Source of the DNA: Zancudomyces culisetae HAW-14-8
Lineage: Eukaryota; Fungi; Kickxellomycota
DNA: 64,000 nt
Assembly (NCBI GenBank): GCA_052426225.1
Contig: JBNJNM010000006.1
Location: 1 to 64,000, forward strand
Reading direction: 5' to 3'
In this document: piece by piece, positions 60,501 through 64,000 of the stretch
Numbering within the stretch: position 1 is the stretch's first letter
How the letters are laid out: the number at the start of each line of letters is the position of its first letter
Program-made: the position numbers and the translations under genes
The notes under the pieces: generated by a model
Seen by the model: the letters and a program-made list of their open reading frames with translations, nothing else
Told to the model about the DNA's origin: nothing
The model's database searches: none

Positions 60501-61466
60501 ACCGAGTCCTCAAGCTCAACTGATTCATCAAGCTCAACCGAGTCTTCATCAACCGAGTCCTCAAGCTCAACCGAATCATCAAGCTCAACTGAATCAACCA
60601 GCTCAACTGAATCATCAAGCTCAACCGAGTCTTCATCAACTGAGCCAAGCTCAACCAGCTCAACCGAGTTCTCAAGCTCAACCGAGTCTTCATCAACTGA
60701 GCCAAGCTCAACTGAATCAACCAGCTCAACCGAGTCTTCATCAACTGAGCCAAGCTCAACCAGCTCAACCGAATCAACCAGCTCAACTGACTCTTCAAGC
60801 TCAACCAGCTCAACTGATTCTTCATCAACCGAGTCCTCAAGCTCAACCGAGTCCTCAAGCTCAACTGAATCATCAAGCTCAACCGAATCATCAAGCTCAA
60901 CCAGCTCAACCTCAACATCAACCAGCTCAACTACATCTACTAGCTCAAGCTCATCTACTTGTGATTCCACCTCTGTTGGTTCTAACATTGTTTTATCATC
61001 CACTAACAAGAACAAGGATTATGATTTCAAGCAGGCCCTTACAATTCCATGTGATACAAGCGACTTTGAGTTCACTGCTAGTATCTCTGCTACCACTGAC
61101 TTCTTTGTTGCACTTATGGACGACAGCGGGTTCTACAGCCCTAACGGTGTAGTTGAAGCTCAATTTGGTTTGTCATCTGGTATCAGTTCCATCAAGAAGG
61201 GTAAATACGCTTTGGTTAAACGAAGCAACATTTTCACAAGAGCAAACTTGCAAGATATCAAGATTGTTTACAAGAATTCTCAACTTCAGATCTTTGTCGG
61301 TGGTGCACTCAAGACTACATACAAGATTTCCAACTTTAGCATAACTTCTTTGGCTATGGCACCATTTAAGGAAACTGCCACTGTTTTCAAACCCACCTTC
61401 ACCTGTCAAAGCATTTCGAAGTGTGAACTCGAACTTCACGCTTCCGCCTTGAATGTGCCAGGATAA
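54597..61466 (+). CDS. 2289-aa secreted S1 (trypsin-fold) serine protease with acidic Ser/Thr stalks and three related beta-rich domains
   Basis: Signal peptide, KR..R/IIGG activation site, triad APAHC / DDLALL / GDSGGP, three (T[DE]SSS)n blocks each followed by a Cys-bracketed ~155-170-aa domain. Confidence 0.95.
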   Translation: MQFKISLATLGLYLASLTPAFSEPIPDAGSDQFLERDLAKRGMSNRIIGGTPASFSNYEYIAYFKIKGNDNFRCTADLIAPNVVLAPAHCLYNPGYDLINNLDLIQIGLGSVDPITDSSPNIYKVKSVEIHPEYKNKDPYKDDLALLFLDECVSTDVAVPIEIDSTPIDRNGRFITAGFGITVFGNGAVSVLNELNVSQGRQDYCNTMFPTDNAAGKVFCVGVTNTSTICSGDSGGPITGTDYKKLNGIASTIITVNGKSCDADSTVGVYMMMSYYWDNFISKYVSCTGPNCDVAECSASSSTSSSSSSTDSSSTESSSTESSSTESSSTESSSTDSSSTDSSSSTESSSTESSSTESSSTDSSSTESSSTDSSSTESSSTDSSSTESSSTDSSSTESSSTDSSSTESSSTDSSSTESSSTDSSSTDSSSTDSSSTDSSSTESSSTESSSTDSSSTESSSTDSSSTESSSTDSSSTESSSTDSSSSTESSSTESSSTDSSSTDSSTDSSSTESSSTESSSTESSSTDSSSTDSSSSTESSSTESSSTDSSSTESSSTESSSTESSSTDSSSTESSSTDSSSTDSSSTDSSSTDSSSTDSSSTDSSSTESSSTESSSTDSSSTESSSTDSSSTDSSSTDSSSTESSSTDSSSTDSSSTESSSTESSSTDSSSTESSSTDSSSTESSSTDSSSTDSSSTESSSTESSSTESSSTDSSSTESSSTESSSTESSSTESSSTDSSSTDSSSTDSSSTESSSTDSSSSTESSSTESSSTDSSSTESSSTESSSSTHVNCSDSSSQIDVSQGSGDSSVISYNWDSAIDVTCSSQDFLITFEVDQTSDIYFAISTQKTLLTGSDVIEGVIGVNTGSWYIGTSVYSKEEDVMSGAADTQKVYVQVNSSGISIGLVGSSTSILTLLPSDYDASVFTKSPSAWLAFGAEKDSTSIKNVEYNCNDSTCANSSSSTESSSTESSSTESSSTESSSTESSSTDSSSTDSSSTDSSSSTESSSTDSSSTESSSTESSSTDSSSTESSSTESSSTDSSSTDSSSSTDSSSSTESSSTEFSSTESSSTDSSSTESSSTDSSSTDSSTESSSTDSSTESSSTDSSSTESSSTESSSTESSSTDSSSTEPSSSTDSSSTDSSSSTKSSSTDSSSTESSSAEPSSTESTSSTESSSSAESSSTESSSTSSTESSSSTESSSTDSSSTDSSSTDSSSTDSSSSTDSSSSTESSSTESSSTESSSTDSSSTESSSSTHVNCSDSSSQIDVSQGSGDSSVISYNWDSAIDVTCSSQDFLITFEVDQTSDIYFAISTQKTLLTGSDVIEGVIGVNTGSWYIGTSVYSKEEDVMSGAADTQKVYVQVNSSGISIGLVGSSTSILTLLPSDYDASVFTKSPSAWLAFGAEKDSTSIKNVEYNCNDSTCANSSSSTESSSTESSSTDSSSTESSSTEPSSTESTSSTDSSSSTESSSTEPSSTSSTESTSSTESSSSTESSSTEPSSTSSTESSSSTESTSSTESSSSTESTSSTESSSTEPSSTSSTESTSSTESSSSTESSSTEPSSTSSTESSSSTESTSSTESSSSTESTSSTESSSSTESSSTESSSTESSSSTESTSSTESSSSTESSSTEPSSTSSTESTSSTESSSSTESSSTEPSSTSSTESSSSTESTSSTESSSSTESTSSTESSSSTESSSTEPSSTSSTESTSSTESSSSTESSSTEPSSTSSTESSSSTESTSSTESSSSTESTSSTESSSSTESSSTESSSTESSSSTESSSSTESSSTEPSSTSSTESTSSTESSSSTESSSTEPSSTSSTESSSSTESTSSTESSSSTESTSSTESTSSTESSSSTESTSSTESSSSTESTSSTESSSSTESSSTESSSTESSSSTESSSTEPSSTSSTESTSSTDSSSSTESSSTEPSSTSSTESSSSTESSSTEPSSTSSTESSTSSTDSSSSSSSTESSSSTDSSSSTESSSTESSSSTESSSSTESTSSTESSSSTESSSTEPSSTSSTEFSSSTESSSTEPSSTESTSSTESSSTEPSSTSSTESTSSTDSSSSTSSTDSSSTESSSSTESSSSTESSSSTESSSSTSSTSTSTSSTTSTSSSSSTCDSTSVGSNIVLSSTNKNKDYDFKQALTIPCDTSDFEFTASISATTDFFVALMDDSGFYSPNGVVEAQFGLSSGISSIKKGKYALVKRSNIFTRANLQDIKIVYKNSQLQIFVGGALKTTYKISNFSITSLAMAPFKETATVFKPTFTCQSISKCELELHASALNVPG
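55500..60958 (+). repeat. Three coding minisatellite blocks of 15/18-nt units (TESSS/TDSSS/TEPSS): ~55500-56950, ~57471-58350, ~58869-60958
   Basis: Directly visible; block 3 has higher-order periods of 186-288 nt. Confidence 0.97.
56941..58885 (+). repeat. Internal 547-nt domain duplication (56941-57487 vs 58339-58885, offset 1398)
   Basis: Copies identical by eye except one synonymous TGT/TGC change (56975 vs 58373). Confidence 0.95.
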
Positions 61467-61639
61467 ACCACATAGTTTGATAAATATAGCCCAACCACAC
61501 TTTTCTTATTATATTCGTTTAAAAATCTCACGATTTGTCCTGATCATTAGTTTCCGTTTTTAGTTTACTAATGTTGAAAGCGCTAATAAAATCTAACTTT
61601 TACTACTTTTATTCAGCTTGTTTTTGTTGATCTCAAGAG

Positions 61640-63000
61640 TATATAACTCATTGTGGTTCGGGTATTTTGTCAGTAAATTTTCGACTTTTCGCCGAAAAAT
61701 CTTCTCCCAATACTATGAGAGCATCGTGAGCATCTATCACGTTATGGAGATGTTTTCATTGCCCAACACAACCCAATATCAAACAGATCCAACACTTGGG
61801 TGACAGGAACGAAAAAGTGGATGAAAAACTATATTGGATTGGATTGGACAAGGATAAAACAGCGAGGAGTGTACTATTAGAACGATACTCTCGGAATGAC
61901 AAGTCCTTGAGCCAACGCCCGGTGGGTATGAAGTCCCTAGAGGGACGGAGGGGAATTGGTTAGGTAGATATTTTATAGGATTATTTTTTGTAGTTTTATG
62001 TGATATTTATTTAATAATCTTTTTCAATAATAAGAAAAAGTTATTGGTTATGGTTGTTGCAAGTTACAAAAAGAGAGAGAATATGTTGACCTGGCGAGCT
62101 ATTATACATCGCTCTAGTTGATAGAAATTGTGTGAGATTGTGTAGAAGGTTCAACAGCTGCCAAAAATTACTTTTAACAGCTTATCAAAATACAAAAATA
62201 ATGTATTGACATCCTCACCTGAGTACCATGTGTCCAACGTCCTCACTATCTGAATAATCTATGGGTTTAAAATACACTTTCCATAGACCCAAGTAAAATG
62301 ATAATGCGGGAGGAGAGGATGTGTGGTTACAAAATTTCAGAGGCAACTTGGCTTAACACAACCGCAGTTATTCGTGCATTGAATACCAGTGGCTTACAAC
62401 CAAATGGTACCAAACCATTATGCGCAATTTTCTTGCATTAATCTTTGAACTTGTGTATGGTACAAATACTCCAAAAAGAACTTTTGCAAGGCCAGGGATG
62501 CGCAACTACCAACACAGCACATCTTTGTTCCAATATCTTTGTTAGTGATGATCTCTACCTAATGCTTTGTATTTTAGACTTTAAAAGCAAAGTTGCAGAA
62601 ACGGCCCACGTTTTTGGTCACGCCACCCTTTATTACCCCCTCTAATTACGTTGCAATTTTTATTGGCAAAATCTCAAAAACTTCGATTCTGGTAGTTCAA
62701 CCCATAAAACCTTCACGTTGCCTTGCTACTAGCCAGATGCAATGTCTTTTTTTTTACTCCAAGCTCACCAGGATAGTTGTGCAGATGCTACACAGTAGTT
62801 GGGAGGAATACACGGCCGGTACAGCCTATATAATTTCCACTTTCCAGTATAAGCTTGAGGTTCGGCATATTTTATTCATAGCATCGGCTTTATTCTCTAG
62901 TGCTTTTTTTTGATTTTTTTTTTGATGACCAAACAACTATGACTTTCGAAAGAGGGCCCAACCAATCCAACCAGGCTGATGGCACATAGTTGAAAAAATT
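61640..63000 (-). pseudogene. Highly decayed Ty3/gypsy pol relic (RNase H end, integrase, possible chromodomain)
   Basis: Stitching minus-strand frames gives, in order, WAL...ENKADAMNK, HLHNYPGELGVKKKT...RFY, VPYTSSKINARKL..VWYH/FG, HILSS/PHYH..GSMESV, and YWVV..IT*..YWEK. Confidence 0.55.
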
Positions 63001-64000
63001 GTCCACTTTAAATTTATAGGTTCAAGTTCAACCAGTGGTGTATTTTTTTTTGTAACCTTACCAAATCAATATTCGAGTTTGTTTATGTTTTAAATTAGAA
63101 ATACCATTTGCTATTCTCGAATGATACAAAATATTGCGATTTTCGAGTCGAGTTGATTTGAAAATGTATAAAAAGATTTCTTGGTATCTAGAGCAGGTAA
63201 AAACAGCAGCTTAGAAAAAGCGAACATAGAAAAACCCGAAAAAAGCGCATTACAAATAATTGCAACTTTGGTGCATCATTTGAAAATAAAAACAACAAAA
63301 AAAAACAGAGCTGCGTCAATCATCTTTCAGCTTTGAGCCCTACTAATAAAACACAATGATTCTTAATGGATAAATTATGCATATTTAGAAATTCAATGAT
63401 TGACAGCAAATGGACTATAGGTGTGAAAATAAAATAGCAGGATAATTAGAGCAGTAGGAAAAAAGGTGGTTTTTACGTTTTTTTTTTCTATTTTGCATGT
63501 ATTCCTTTTGTTATCATAGCATTAACCATTTTCCAATTCGTTAAATTTTGATTAAAGCATACAAATTGTTGAGATTCTGAATAGGCCGGCTGTATTTTTG
63601 TTTTTTTTTTCATTTGGAATGGGGCAATTGATGGAAGCGAAAGCAAAGCCAAAGGAAAGTGGAAAATAAGCAATGCAAGCAAGCCATGCACAAGTAAAAA
63701 AAGGTCTAAAAAAATAAAAATAAACAATAGTAGGGAAAAACTTCGCAAGCCATTTTTATTTGTTTGGTGCCATTTTGATATTTTTCCCAATGTTGTTGTA
63801 TTTCAATTTGAATGTTCTATTTTGTACCAAATACTCCCAAGAAATAATTAATAATACCAAAGTTGGTTTTAGTTAATATAATAAGAAGGAAAAAAATTTT
63901 TTTATTTTTTTTACTATGGTTATCTATAATCTCTACTTTTAAGTCTAGACTGTTAATTACCAATTGTACTTTAAAAAAAAGTATTAGAATTACTTAAGTA

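Noticed and set aside
55435-61152. Several long alternative-frame and antisense ORFs (QAQL.., MKTRL.., VELDDS..)
   Set aside because: The repeat units lack stop codons in those frames; the ORFs end soon after entering unique sequence.
61700-62640. Possible endogenous RNA-virus RdRp (DYS.., GVGS.., VLGNEN resembling motifs A/B/C) or RNase MRP RNA (GAAGTCCC)
   Set aside because: Motifs are in inconsistent frames and spacing, no MRP CR-V partner is visible, and an integrase relic explains the region better.
1-64000. CRISPR arrays, rRNA or tRNA genes
   Set aside because: None recognised; all arrays are telomeric or coding minisatellites without unique spacers.

Overview
Left end of an AT-rich fungal chromosome. 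The protein families suggest an early-diverging fungus, possibly a Harpellales-type insect-gut fungus, but that is inference only. (1) About 1.2 kb of (CCCTAA)n telomere. (2) An ~10 kb nest of dead transposons: a full-length but decayed Ty3/gypsy chromovirus with LTRs, a 5-bp TSD, a self-priming-type PBS and a -1 frameshift pseudoknot; a solo LTR inserted in its gag; a long-TIR Tc1 element; and older relics. (3) A gene-sparse subtelomeric zone (12-27 kb) with a fungal-TF-domain gene and small secreted-protein genes that share an identical extended TATA 11-mer: a Tyr/Gly-rich Kex2-type precursor, two 4-Cys paralogs and one pseudogene. (4) Core genes, all on the minus strand: peroxisomal carnitine acyltransferase, HAUS1-like, a mitochondrial hypothetical, Pho4/NUC-1 bHLH, a second fungal-TF-domain paralog and MTO1. 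(5) Two giant secreted repeat proteins: a (TGPTSP)n protein and a 2289-aa S1 protease with acidic Ser-rich stalks and three beta-domains. (6) A gypsy pol relic at the right end. The best candidate for an undescribed system is the secreted surface/adhesion gene set; its function is a hypothesis, not shown by the sequence. All alignments and splice models were done by eye.
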